The notes beneath the pieces were generated by a model. The model worked only from the letters and a program-made list of their open reading frames with translations, was not told where the DNA came from and did no database searches. The translations under genes and the position numbers were made by a program. From Pseudomonadota bacterium (GTDB lineage: Bacteria > Pseudomonadota > Alphaproteobacteria > RF32 > CAG-239), in contig CAKJXZ020000003.1 in the NCBI GenBank assembly GCA_918234285.1, positions 70,933-134,932 on the forward strand: a stretch of DNA of 64,000 nt, given 5' to 3'. This document shows, piece after piece, positions 7,963 to 16,022 of the stretch; position 1 is the first letter of the stretch; each line of letters starts with the position of its first letter.

Positions 7963-9141
7963 TTACATCAGCAACTCGACATCGCCGAATTTATCATGAG
8001 GGGAAAATGTGTCGCGATTATTTTTCGCGTTGCCGTCTTCATCAAGCCCGACGACAAACCCGTCTTCTTCGCCCTTCCGGATAATTGCCGCGCCGATAAT
8101 GTTGCCGTGCTTATCGTAGGCTAGGTTTTCCGAGCCGCACTTAAAGCCGAGCGTTCTGCCGTCATCCAAAACGATATGATTTCCGTCTTCCGTATATTCG
8201 CCCAACGTTTTGCCGCGGAAATTTTTAAGCGTGCCGCCGCTTATATAGGCAACATAATTTCGCACATCGCATACCATCTGCACCTTTTCGCCGACAAAAC
8301 CGATAACTTTATCCCGCAAACCCCTGACGCTTTTATCCTTATCGACATACCCGATAACCCCGTATTCTTTATGATATACCGTGTAACTGCTGACATTGCC
8401 GTTTTCGTCGGTTTTCCGGACCGTTTGCTCGATTATTTCTCCGTCTGCGGAATCATATTCTTTAAACTCTTTTCCATCATAAACAAAACTTCGCTCATAA
8501 ACTTTATCATAATCCGTATCAATATCCACACACGGACAGACGATTTCAACCCAGGCATCCTCCGGCTCCTGCTCTGACGAACTCACGATATCCGTCACAC
8601 CGGCCGCCAACTTATTGCCGATTTTTTCTATTGCGCCGAGGCACCCGAGAAAGACCGCCAAAGCCAAAAATGCCGTCCACAGATACATGTATGTCGGTTG
8701 CTTGCTCCCCTTCGGCAATTCGACTCCGTCATTTCGCCCCAAAAAGAAAATCATCGAGCCGCATAATATGTGCGTAACCAAAGTGTATGCGCCGTAGATT
8801 GTCGTTTTCAATATGAGAAACATACTGTCGGAAACCAACGCCGAAGCAATCATAATTATAATATACAATGGGATGAATAACCAAAATAGGCGCAAGAAAA
8901 AGGATTTACCGTGTCTGGTCAAAGCATAAATCAAAACATACATCGGGAAAAACAGCAAAATCGTCAAAAGAAAAGCAAAAAATCCGGCAAGCGAAATACC
9001 TTTTGCGCTTATTTCGGAAACCGACAGCGCCGCCGCCGGCAACATCAATATCAGCAAAATAACCGCCGTCAGCGGATATGTTTTACAACTTACCGCAATA
9101 TTTTTTAAGGCAAAACATTTGCCCTCATTTTGAGTGTTCAT
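7963..9141 (-). CDS. polytopic membrane protein with a repeat-rich soluble C-terminal domain
   Basis: Start set at the ATG at 9141 (GGGGAG RBS 5 nt upstream). About 6 hydrophobic helices are followed by Gly/Asp-rich beta-hairpin-like repeats (YD/MORN-like by eye). No confident family. Confidence 0.65.
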   Translation of the reverse strand: MNTQNEGKCFALKNIAVSCKTYPLTAVILLILMLPAAALSVSEISAKGISLAGFFAFLLTILLFFPMYVLIYALTRHGKSFFLRLFWLFIPLYIIIMIASALVSDSMFLILKTTIYGAYTLVTHILCGSMIFFLGRNDGVELPKGSKQPTYMYLWTAFLALAVFLGCLGAIEKIGNKLAAGVTDIVSSSEQEPEDAWVEIVCPCVDIDTDYDKVYERSFVYDGKEFKEYDSADGEIIEQTVRKTDENGNVSSYTVYHKEYGVIGYVDKDKSVRGLRDKVIGFVGEKVQMVCDVRNYVAYISGGTLKNFRGKTLGEYTEDGNHIVLDDGRTLGFKCGSENLAYDKHGNIIGAAIIRKGEEDGFVVGLDEDGNAKNNRDTFSPHDKFGDVELLM

Positions 9142-9362
9142 CACCGCTCCCCGTTCAATCCGGCAGCACCAACTCCGCGCCGCTTTGTAAGACATATTAA
9201 AAACAATAATTTAATAAAGCAAGCAGATTTTCGGATTGCCGCAACCGCAAAACAGCAAATTAATCGTAATAAAATCATTTGCGCCACGTTTAATATATGC
9301 TATAATATGAGTGTAAGGCCCAAGCAACGCCGCTCGGCAATAAAATCGGAAAGGAAAAAACA

Positions 9363-9494
9363 ATGTGGTATGTGGAATTAAACGGCAAAATCATCCCGGA
9401 ACCTTATCAATATTACAGCGATTGTCTTGATGAGTGCATCAGATTAAGTCACGAAATGTGCGCGGTTACGACCAGACCGGTATACATCGGCTGA
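9363..9494 (+). CDS. possible small ORF (43 aa)
   Basis: MWYVELNGKIIPEPYQYYSDCLDECIRLSHEMCAVTTRPVYIG, with AGGAAA upstream. No homolog recognised. Confidence 0.3.
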   Translation: MWYVELNGKIIPEPYQYYSDCLDECIRLSHEMCAVTTRPVYIG

Positions 9495-9529
9495 TAATGC
9501 GGTCGAAATATATCACCGTAAAAGCTGAG

Positions 9530-9991
9530 GACCGGATTGGCTACGCTGCCCTTGCGCTCATCGCCTTTAGCAATTGCGGTAATCTTGTGTGCCTTATCCG
9601 CCTCACTATCTTGCTAAAATTTACTTTATTCATTTTAAAACAGCAAATTTTAGCTTCGGTCACTCGGTTGCGATTTGTTCGTTGCGCGTTGCTTACGCCA
9701 GCTGTCTCACAAGCAACCTTCGCCTGTCGTTAAAAATATCTCCGCCGGAGATATTTTTTACCTCCAGCAGCTTTCCGCTGGTCCGAACCGGCACAACACC
9801 AATACACCAAACCCCGCCAATGTGGCGGGGGACTGGACTGGATTGCCTACGGCGCCCCTGCACTCATCGCCTGACGGCGACCGCGATACTTCCGTCTCGC
9901 TTTCGCTGGTGGTCGGACCAGCTTTCCGCTGGTCCGAACCGACACAACACCAATATACCAAACCCCGCCAATGTGGCGGGGTTTGGTGTAT
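9530..9991. repeat. GC-rich repeat field downstream of tRNA-Pro
   Basis: A 64-nt direct repeat at 9768..9831 and 9919..9982 (CAGCTTTCCGCTGGTCCGAACCG.CACAACACCAATA.ACCAAACCCCGCCAATGTGGCGGGG). A second module, GGATTG.CTACG..GCCC.TGC.CTCATCGCCT, occurs at about 9534 and 9839. Several pieces match the tRNA-Pro T-arm. Confidence 0.75.
9732..9759. terminator. bidirectional hairpin
   Basis: AAAAATATCTCC-GCC-GGAGATATTTTTT. Confidence 0.6.
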
Positions 9992-10068
9992 TGGTCGGAG
10001 TGACTGGATTCGGACCAGCGACTTCTACGTCCCGAACGTAGCGCTCTACCAGGCTGAGCTACACTCCG
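9992..10068 (-). tRNA. tRNA-Pro (anticodon CGG), CCA encoded
   Basis: The reverse complement reads CGGAGTG...CTACG-TTCGGGA-CGTAG...GCTGG-TCCGAAT-CCAGT-CACTCCG-A-CCA. Confidence 0.92.
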
Positions 10069-10181
10069 ATAACTCACTCTCTTTTAATACATTTTTTTCA
10101 TAATGCAACAAAAATTTTTCTTTTTTTGTAAAAAAAACAAAATCCTTCTATTTTTTATCGCAATATCAACATATTAATCGT

Positions 10182-10712
10182 TTAATAATTTATTCTGCCG
10201 AATAGTCGACTTTTCGCAGAACTTTCGCCGTCGTTATCGTTTGCCGCGGCTTCTTCTGTTTTTTGTGTTCCCTCATAACCTGCACGCAATTCCTGAAAAG
10301 CTGCTTTCTGCGTATCATCCAACACCGCCTCAAACGACATCAAAGTATTGATTTCCAAAGCTCTGGAACGACGACGCAATGCGGCAATCTCCTGCATAAT
10401 ATTTTTTTGCTCTTCCATGCTGTTTTGGCTGATTTTTTTAATTTCCTCCAGCTGTTGCTTACTTAAATTCAGATTCTGCACATAATAGCTGATATCCGGA
10501 TCACTGACTTCAACATCCACTACCTCGGCAACATTATCTTCTGCCGCTTTATCCTCTGTTTCGGCCAACAAAGAAATAGGCTTGGCCAACTGCTCCGTTT
10601 CGACAACTTTTTCATCTGCGGCGGCATTTCCGAAAACTTGCGCCGACGCTTCGGTCAACAGCCCTAATGACAAACCGGCAACACACAATAAAAACTTTGC
10701 ATACATATTCAT
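10182..10712 (-). CDS. periplasmic Spy/CpxP-like (LTXXQ-motif) protein, tentative
   Basis: Track ORF trimmed to MNMYAKFLLCVAGLSLGLLTEASAQ (signal peptide). It has two LTXXQ-like motifs (LSKQQLEEI, LDDTQKAAF). The upstream 151 codons overlap the divergent gene's region. Confidence 0.55.
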   Translation of the reverse strand: MNMYAKFLLCVAGLSLGLLTEASAQVFGNAAADEKVVETEQLAKPISLLAETEDKAAEDNVAEVVDVEVSDPDISYYVQNLNLSKQQLEEIKKISQNSMEEQKNIMQEIAALRRRSRALEINTLMSFEAVLDDTQKAAFQELRAGYEGTQKTEEAAANDNDGESSAKSRLFGRINY

Positions 10713-10865
10713 TCTCCGCAACGCTGTTAATCTTGTTTCAATAGTATCCGCTTTCGGCAATTTTGCAAGTTTTTTATGGTATAAATTAGCGTTCATACAC
10801 AACTTTAATCGGTTTTTATTGCATATTCGCCGCGGTCTGCTATATTCAAGCCGATAGGAGATAAA

Positions 10866-11648
10866 ATGAGAATATTGTATTGCGGAGATATAGTGGCACG
10901 TTCCGGCCGCGAGGTTGTTGCGGAAAATATGGCCAGACTCAAAACAGATTATAAAGCCGATGTAATTATGCTTAACGTTGAAAATGCCGCCCACGGTTTC
11001 GGAGTTACTCCCGGCATTTGCCGCGACTTTTTGGCGCGCGGTGCCGATGTTTTGGTTACCGGCAATCATTTTTTGAATCAGCGCGATATTATTCCGTTTT
11101 TGGATGAATGCAAAGTTATCGTGCGTCCGGCCAATATTCCGGCAGAAAATCCGGGGCGCGGACATATAGTATTTGAGCTTGCCGACGGCCGCCGAATTTT
11201 GGTTATTCAGCTACTCGGACGGTTATTTATGGAAGCGGTTGATTGTCCGGTGCAAGCTGTTGACAACATTCTGCGCAATTACACGCTCGGCCGCAATATT
11301 GACGCGATATTCGTCGATGTGCATGCCGAAGCCTCATCGGAAAAACTTTCGCTCGGCTATTACCTCGACGGCAAAGTTTCTTGCGTTGCCGGCACTCATA
11401 CTCACGTACCGACTGCCGATGCTCGCGTTTTGCCGCAAGGCACGGCCTATATTACCGATGTGGGAATGTGCGGAAACTATAACTCCATTCTCGGCTTTGA
11501 TATAGCGGCACCGATTAACCGGTTGCGCCGCCGTTATACCGATGACCGTTTGACACCGGCCGCGGGCAAAGGAACGATATACGCCGTTCTGGTTGAAACC
11601 GATGACACAACCGGATTAGCCAAATCAATCGAACAAATCAAAATATAA
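10866..11648 (+). CDS. ymdB: YmdB-like metallophosphoesterase (2',3'-cyclic-nucleotide phosphodiesterase family)
   Basis: MRILYCGDIVARSGREVV...NVENAAHGFG...TGNH..., the characteristic TIGR00282-type N-terminus and length. Confidence 0.85.
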   Translation: MRILYCGDIVARSGREVVAENMARLKTDYKADVIMLNVENAAHGFGVTPGICRDFLARGADVLVTGNHFLNQRDIIPFLDECKVIVRPANIPAENPGRGHIVFELADGRRILVIQLLGRLFMEAVDCPVQAVDNILRNYTLGRNIDAIFVDVHAEASSEKLSLGYYLDGKVSCVAGTHTHVPTADARVLPQGTAYITDVGMCGNYNSILGFDIAAPINRLRRRYTDDRLTPAAGKGTIYAVLVETDDTTGLAKSIEQIKI

Positions 11649-11694
11649 AGGAGCCCGTTTCAAAGGCTCCTTTATAAGTTTCTATAACTTCAAA

Positions 11695-12321
11695 TCAGAA
11701 AAACTTCATCACGAATACGCAATTGCTGCTCGGACAATTACAAGCCAATGATGCCGTTCCCGGGTCCATCGGCAAATCAACATCCGAACCGCCGGAACAG
11801 GCAACGGCATAAGCTATGTCGCTGTCATTGCCAGTATTGTTAGGAGAACCCGTACATCCGATGTACAGAGCTTGTTCAATAGTCTCAACTTTAGATTCCT
11901 GACCTACACCGAGACCGATAAGCGACGAATTACGTACGTTGCCCCATGCACTCGAACCGAGCGCAACACACGCATCATCCGTCAAGCCGGAAAATTCTAT
12001 TACATAAGCTTGCGAATCAGTGCTGTTGTTTTCAATCGGAGACGGTTTAACCGTAATGCCGCCATCATAAGGATTGGTATCGGTCACCGGAGCGCCCAAT
12101 TTCAATGCCGCCGCATTCGATAAACCGGCATAAGAATCTTTGCCGGCACCGTATGCCGAGATTTTGGAAGCAATAGCCCCTACCTGCTCCAACGATGCAT
12201 TAATTTTATATTGGCTCATCATTTTGCTGTAACCGGCCAAACCGCCGACAGATAGAACACCGATGATGGCCAACACACCAAGCATTTCAATCATTGAACG
12301 TCCGGTTTCATTGATTTTCAT
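11695..12321 (-). CDS. type IV pilin-like protein (prepilin-type N-terminal domain)
   Basis: MKINETG/RSMIEMLGVLAIIGVLSVGG has Gly at -1 and Glu at +5 followed by a hydrophobic helix. C-terminal Cys pairs are present. GGAG lies 7 nt upstream of the ATG at 12321. The gene starts 20 nt downstream of the ctrA stop. Confidence 0.75.
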   Translation of the reverse strand: MKINETGRSMIEMLGVLAIIGVLSVGGLAGYSKMMSQYKINASLEQVGAIASKISAYGAGKDSYAGLSNAAALKLGAPVTDTNPYDGGITVKPSPIENNSTDSQAYVIEFSGLTDDACVALGSSAWGNVRNSSLIGLGVGQESKVETIEQALYIGCTGSPNNTGNDSDIAYAVACSGGSDVDLPMDPGTASLACNCPSSNCVFVMKFF

Positions 12322-12340
12322 AACCTTACTCCGCGCCATT

Positions 12341-13027
12341 TTATTTTTTCTCATCCGGATCGCGCAAGACATAACCGCGCCCCCAAACGGTTTCAATATA
12401 ATTTTTGCCGCCGGAAGCTTTTTCGAGTTTTTTGCGCAGTTTACAAATAAACACGTCAATAATTTTGAGTTCCGGCTCGTCAATACCGCCATACAAATGG
12501 TTGAGGAATTGGTCCTTATTCAAAGTGGCGCCCTTGCGCAGGGAAAGCAGTTCCATAATGCCGTATTCTTTACCGGTAAGATGCAACGTTTTGCCCTTAA
12601 CGGTAACGGTTTGCGTATCCAAATCGATTTCAACGTCGCCGGTGCGGATAATGGAGTTGGAGTGGCCTTTGGAACGACGAACAACTGCCTGAATACGTGC
12701 CAAGAGTTCGGCCTTATCAAACGGTTTGGTTAAATAGTCATCGGCACCATAACCCAAGCCCTTAACTTTTTTATCCGGCTCGGATAATCCGGAAAGAATG
12801 AGAACCGGAGTATTAACTTTGGCATTACGCAGATTTTTCAAAACTTCATAACCGTTCATATCCGGCAGCATCAAATCCAAAATGATAATATCATAATCAT
12901 AAAGTTTAGCGATATCCAGCCCGTCTTCGCCCAAATCGGTAGAGTCAACCACCATACCTTCTTTTTTGAGCATCATTTCAATACTTTGCGATACCGCATA
13001 ATCATCTTCGACCAAAAGAACTCTCAT
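12341..13027 (-). CDS. ctrA: OmpR-family response regulator, CtrA-like cell-cycle regulator
   Basis: MRVLLVEDD...[13 protein letters not shown] (receiver domain) plus a winged-helix C-terminus ending [11 protein letters not shown]. Overall strongly CtrA-like. Confidence 0.85.
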   Translation of the reverse strand: MRVLLVEDDYAVSQSIEMMLKKEGMVVDSTDLGEDGLDIAKLYDYDIIILDLMLPDMNGYEVLKNLRNAKVNTPVLILSGLSEPDKKVKGLGYGADDYLTKPFDKAELLARIQAVVRRSKGHSNSIIRTGDVEIDLDTQTVTVKGKTLHLTGKEYGIMELLSLRKGATLNKDQFLNHLYGGIDEPELKIIDVFICKLRKKLEKASGGKNYIETVWGRGYVLRDPDEKK

Positions 13028-13100
13028 ATTTTCCGCCTTTCCCAAAAAGTTAACCACGATAAGTCGAGTTTAATCAAATCAATGCAAATGAAAAGTATTT

Positions 13101-13116
13101 GTTAATAATTATTAAC
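13101..13116. promoter_or_regulatory. perfect 16-bp palindrome upstream of ctrA
   Basis: GTTAATAATTATTAAC, 74-89 nt upstream of the ctrA ATG. The TTAA half-sites are spaced N6, not the canonical CtrA N7. Confidence 0.35.
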
Positions 13117-13231
13117 AAGAATATCAAAAAAAATTTGACATCGGTAAATTTAGCGATTAAAACACCTCGGTGGGCGAAAAAACGCTTGATTTTTCATAAG
13201 ATATGCGCTAGAAATAACAACTGTTGACAGC

Positions 13232-13306
13232 GGTCCCATCGTCTAGTGGTTAGGACGCGGCCCTCTCAAGGCTGCAACACGAGTTCAAATCTCGTTGGGA
13301 TCACCA
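13232..13306 (+). tRNA. tRNA-Glu (anticodon CTC), CCA encoded
   Basis: GGTCCCATCGTCTAGTGGTTAGGAC...CGGCC-CTCTCAA-GGCTG...CGAG-TTCAAAT-CTCG...TGGGATC-A-CCA. Confidence 0.9.
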
Positions 13307-13310
13307 ATAA

Positions 13311-13341
13311 AAAAACTCTCTCTTGCGGGGAGTTTTTTTTA
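13311..13341 (+). terminator. terminator after tRNA-Glu
   Basis: ACTCTC-TCTTGC-GGGGAGT followed by a T8 run. Confidence 0.6.
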
Positions 13342-13587
13342 TTGACCCGAATTTCCGTGCGAGATTTGAACGAGGTACGCGGCCTCCTGAAAAGATACCT
13401 TAATGTATGTTTTCAGGAGGAGACGCAATGAAACTTAATTGAGCAAGAGAAGCGACAGCAACCGTGGCGAAATTTTGTTGGAATTGGGAGGAAAATCTAA
13501 ATTAACAATCGAGTGCCCGAAGCGAAGTTAACGATTGGCAAGCGACAGCGTCGACAGAGTTCACAAAGCAATACACCATTAAAAAAC

Positions 13588-13615
13588 TTGACAAAGCAAA
13601 CCGATATTTTATAAT
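13588..13615 (+). promoter_or_regulatory. near-consensus sigma70 promoter
   Basis: TTGACA at 13588..13593, a 16-nt spacer, then TATAAT at 13610..13615, 35 nt upstream of the ATG at 13650. Confidence 0.55.
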
Positions 13616-13649
13616 CGGCGCAAATTTGCATTATTTATTTGTTACAATT

Positions 13650-14042
13650 ATGACACAGTTTGAAGAATTATTACTCAAAACCGGCAATCCGGATTTGATT
13701 TGTGCTTTTATCCGTGAGCACAGGGAAAACTTAAGTAAAGACTTCGCTCAAAACTTTGAGTTTTACTGCGAACAAACGAAACGTAAACTGGCCGATGTAT
13801 GCTTTGATACGGATATTCAGGATATGAAAATCAAGGAATTTCTGGATATCTACGGCTGGGATATGTCACCATCCACCAAATCGCGCGTTTGCAACTGGTT
13901 ACCCTATGCCAATATTAAAACCGTGCGGGATTTGTTGCAGTACAGCTATATAGAGCTTGCCCGCATATATGGCCTGGGTTCAAGATCCGTAATACTGCTG
14001 GAAAAGGCTATTGAAAAAGCAGGTTATCAACTTAGGGATTAA
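13650..14042 (+). CDS. small protein with an RNA polymerase alpha-subunit C-terminal-domain-like (HhH) module
   Basis: The C-terminal STKSRVCNWLPYANIKTVRDLLQYSYIELARIYGLGSRSVILLEKAIEKAGYQL aligns by eye with the RpoA CTD (..VRSANCLKAEAIHYIGDLV....[27 protein letters not shown]). Confidence 0.55.
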   Translation: MTQFEELLLKTGNPDLICAFIREHRENLSKDFAQNFEFYCEQTKRKLADVCFDTDIQDMKIKEFLDIYGWDMSPSTKSRVCNWLPYANIKTVRDLLQYSYIELARIYGLGSRSVILLEKAIEKAGYQLRD

Positions 14043-14045
14043 CGC

Positions 14046-14079
14046 AAAAAAGGCTTGTCACTTTTGACAAGCCTTTTTT
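14046..14079. terminator. bidirectional terminator
   Basis: AAAAAAGGCTTGTCA-CTTT-TGACAAGCCTTTTTT. Confidence 0.8.
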
Positions 14080-14095
14080 GTGCGAGCAAAATCGC

Positions 14096-14698
14096 TTAGA
14101 AATCGTATCTCACACCGAGCATAATCTCGTGAGAACGCGGCTTGTATTCAAGCTTTTCATACGCAATATTCGGAATGCGATATTCTTTATCGAAATCACC
14201 GTAGGTAATATAACGATAACCTAAGTCAATACTGGCATGAGTACTAATTCTGTAACCGACACCGGCGCCGAGTTGCATGGCCAGACCGTCATCTTTAATA
14301 CTGCCGCCGCGGCCTTCAAATTCGGCACATCCCCAACCTAAGCCGACACCGACATAAGGCACAAACGGACTTTTTAAATCAAAGTCGTAATAAACATTGA
14401 ACAATGCGCCCTGAGTTTTGATTTTTACATCATCTTTTTTGGCATCGGTATTTTTGGTATATTCCAGTTCAAGCCGGAAATCGCCGTTCATAACCTTATA
14501 AATATGGCCGACAGCCAAAGAGCCGCCCCATACTTCATCATTAAAATCTTGCTTGCCTTCGGCAACTCCCGTCATTTTTATCTCGTTACGGGAAAAGCCG
14601 TATTTTGCTTTTGCCGCCACATAAGGATTAAATTGAAAAGCTGAGGCATTTGCAGCCGCCAAGCATACTATACCCGCCAGTAATAAGATTTTTTTCAT
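14096..14698 (-). CDS. outer-membrane beta-barrel protein (OmpA-like/opacity-type 8-strand family)
   Basis: Signal peptide MKKILLLAGIVCLAAANASA, alternating amphipathic strands, and a C-terminal ...GVRYDF ending in Phe. Confidence 0.8.
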   Translation of the reverse strand: MKKILLLAGIVCLAAANASAFQFNPYVAAKAKYGFSRNEIKMTGVAEGKQDFNDEVWGGSLAVGHIYKVMNGDFRLELEYTKNTDAKKDDVKIKTQGALFNVYYDFDLKSPFVPYVGVGLGWGCAEFEGRGGSIKDDGLAMQLGAGVGYRISTHASIDLGYRYITYGDFDKEYRIPNIAYEKLEYKPRSHEIMLGVRYDF

Positions 14699-14882
14699 AG
14701 CTGTCATCCTTTATTCGTTAAAACACGAAAGATAAATCTTTCAGCTACATTAGATATTTATTTCTTGTTGATGTCAAATCAAAAAATTTTACAAAATATA
14801 ACAAACTCCGCCCGCATTCACAGATGATTGACAACTGTCGTTTCGATTGCTATAAATGCATTCAACAGAGGTATATATAAAA

Positions 14883-15341
14883 ATGGCTGCTGCAATTAAA
14901 TTTTGTTTGCCGACAGGAGAATGGTGGTTTTTGAGTCCGTATGCCGCCTTTCCGATAAAAATGGAAGTTGACGGAAATTTTTATACTTTTCCGACAGTTG
15001 AACATTATTATCAGGCAATGAAATTTTATGCCGCCGACAAGCGCTTTGCAAAAATTATCGCCCTCAAAAACCCCGACGAGGCCAGATTACTCACCAAAAC
15101 ACCGAAATATCAAGTCAATCGCCGGCTCGATTTTGCAGAAAATAAATTTGCGATTATGGAAGCGGGACTGCGTGCCAAATTTACGCAAAACCCCGATGCC
15201 GCCGAAATGTTGAAAAATACCGGTACCGCCGTCCTGATGAAGTCTTGCCCCGTATGTTATAAATGCGGTTTCGGTATCGGTTGCGGCCATAATCGCATGG
15301 GAAAAATTTTAATGCAAATCCGCCAAGAAATTTCCGAATAA
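14883..15341 (+). CDS. NADAR (YbiA/DUF1768) family protein
   Basis: FLSPY...FPTVEHYYQAMKF...KF.QNP.....L..TG fits the NADAR pattern. Confidence 0.8.
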   Translation: MAAAIKFCLPTGEWWFLSPYAAFPIKMEVDGNFYTFPTVEHYYQAMKFYAADKRFAKIIALKNPDEARLLTKTPKYQVNRRLDFAENKFAIMEAGLRAKFTQNPDAAEMLKNTGTAVLMKSCPVCYKCGFGIGCGHNRMGKILMQIRQEISE

Positions 15342-15377
15342 AAAAGCAACTCGCCGAACACCATGCGAGTTGCTTTT
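15342..15377. terminator. hairpin terminator
   Basis: GCAACTCG-12 nt loop-CGAGTTGC, flanked by an A-run and a T-run. Confidence 0.65.
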
Positions 15378-15390
15378 CCACATCAAAAAA

Positions 15391-15834
15391 TTACTTTTTC
15401 GAGGATGATTTTCTGGCCGTAGGTTTCTTAGCCGCCACGGCATTTTTAGCCTCTGTTTTTTTAGCCGCCACAGCATTTCTTGCTTCTATTTTTTTGGTTG
15501 CCGCAGCACTTCTGGTTGCAGTCTTTCTAGCCATTGCCGCCTCTTTTTTAGCCGCGACTTTTGCTGCTTTTTTCTCCGCCACTGCCGCTCTTTTAGCTGC
15601 TTGTTTCTCTGCTTCCGTCGCTTTTTTAGCCGCTTCCTCCTTTGCTGCCGCCGCTTTCTTAGCCGCTTCCGCCTCTGCAACTTTTTCTGCCGCTGCTGTT
15701 CTTTGAGCTACAGTTCTATTTATTTCTGCCGATAAAGAATTATCTTCCATTTTATTCGAATTAATAGTAATTTGCGCATTTGCCAAACCGATAGTCATAA
15801 ACACTGCGCCAAAAATGATTATCAAGCCCTTCAT
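15391..15834 (-). CDS. Ala/Lys/Glu-rich low-complexity exported protein
   Basis: Signal or anchor segment MKGLIIIFGAVFMTIGLANAQ, followed by about 110 aa of AAKK/AEKK-type repeats. Confidence 0.6.
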   Translation of the reverse strand: MKGLIIIFGAVFMTIGLANAQITINSNKMEDNSLSAEINRTVAQRTAAAEKVAEAEAAKKAAAAKEEAAKKATEAEKQAAKRAAVAEKKAAKVAAKKEAAMARKTATRSAAATKKIEARNAVAAKKTEAKNAVAAKKPTARKSSSKK

Positions 15835-16022
15835 CTGTGCCTCCGTTACAAATTTTCAATAATGATGTTTTATCACAATAAATTTTAATTGTCTAATTAA
15901 AAGTTTCGGCAATAATCAACATTTTTCGAATAATCCGTGTGCAGGTTGATAATTTATTTGTTTTTATTGAATCGCCGGCAAATCGGAGTATGATATGCAA
16001 AACAACAGTGAAAGGGAAACAA

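Noticed and set aside
10713-11165. N-terminal extensions of track ORFs: 10182..11165, 11695..12492, 1683.., 3242.., 15939.., 21070..22152, 27476..28486, 31692..33281, 33764..34393, 34625..35794, 49528.. and 852..1250.
   Set aside because: The extensions overlap neighbouring genes, promoters or terminators, and lack the signal peptide or conserved N-terminus that appears at an internal ATG with an RBS. Starts were moved accordingly.
13101-13116. A canonical CtrA box (TTAA-N7-TTAA) upstream of ctrA.
   Set aside because: The half-site spacing is N6. I kept it only as an unexplained palindrome. Other intergenic TTAA pairs that I checked by eye (25.2 kb, 36.3 kb, 15.9 kb) have N3, N6 or N8 spacing.
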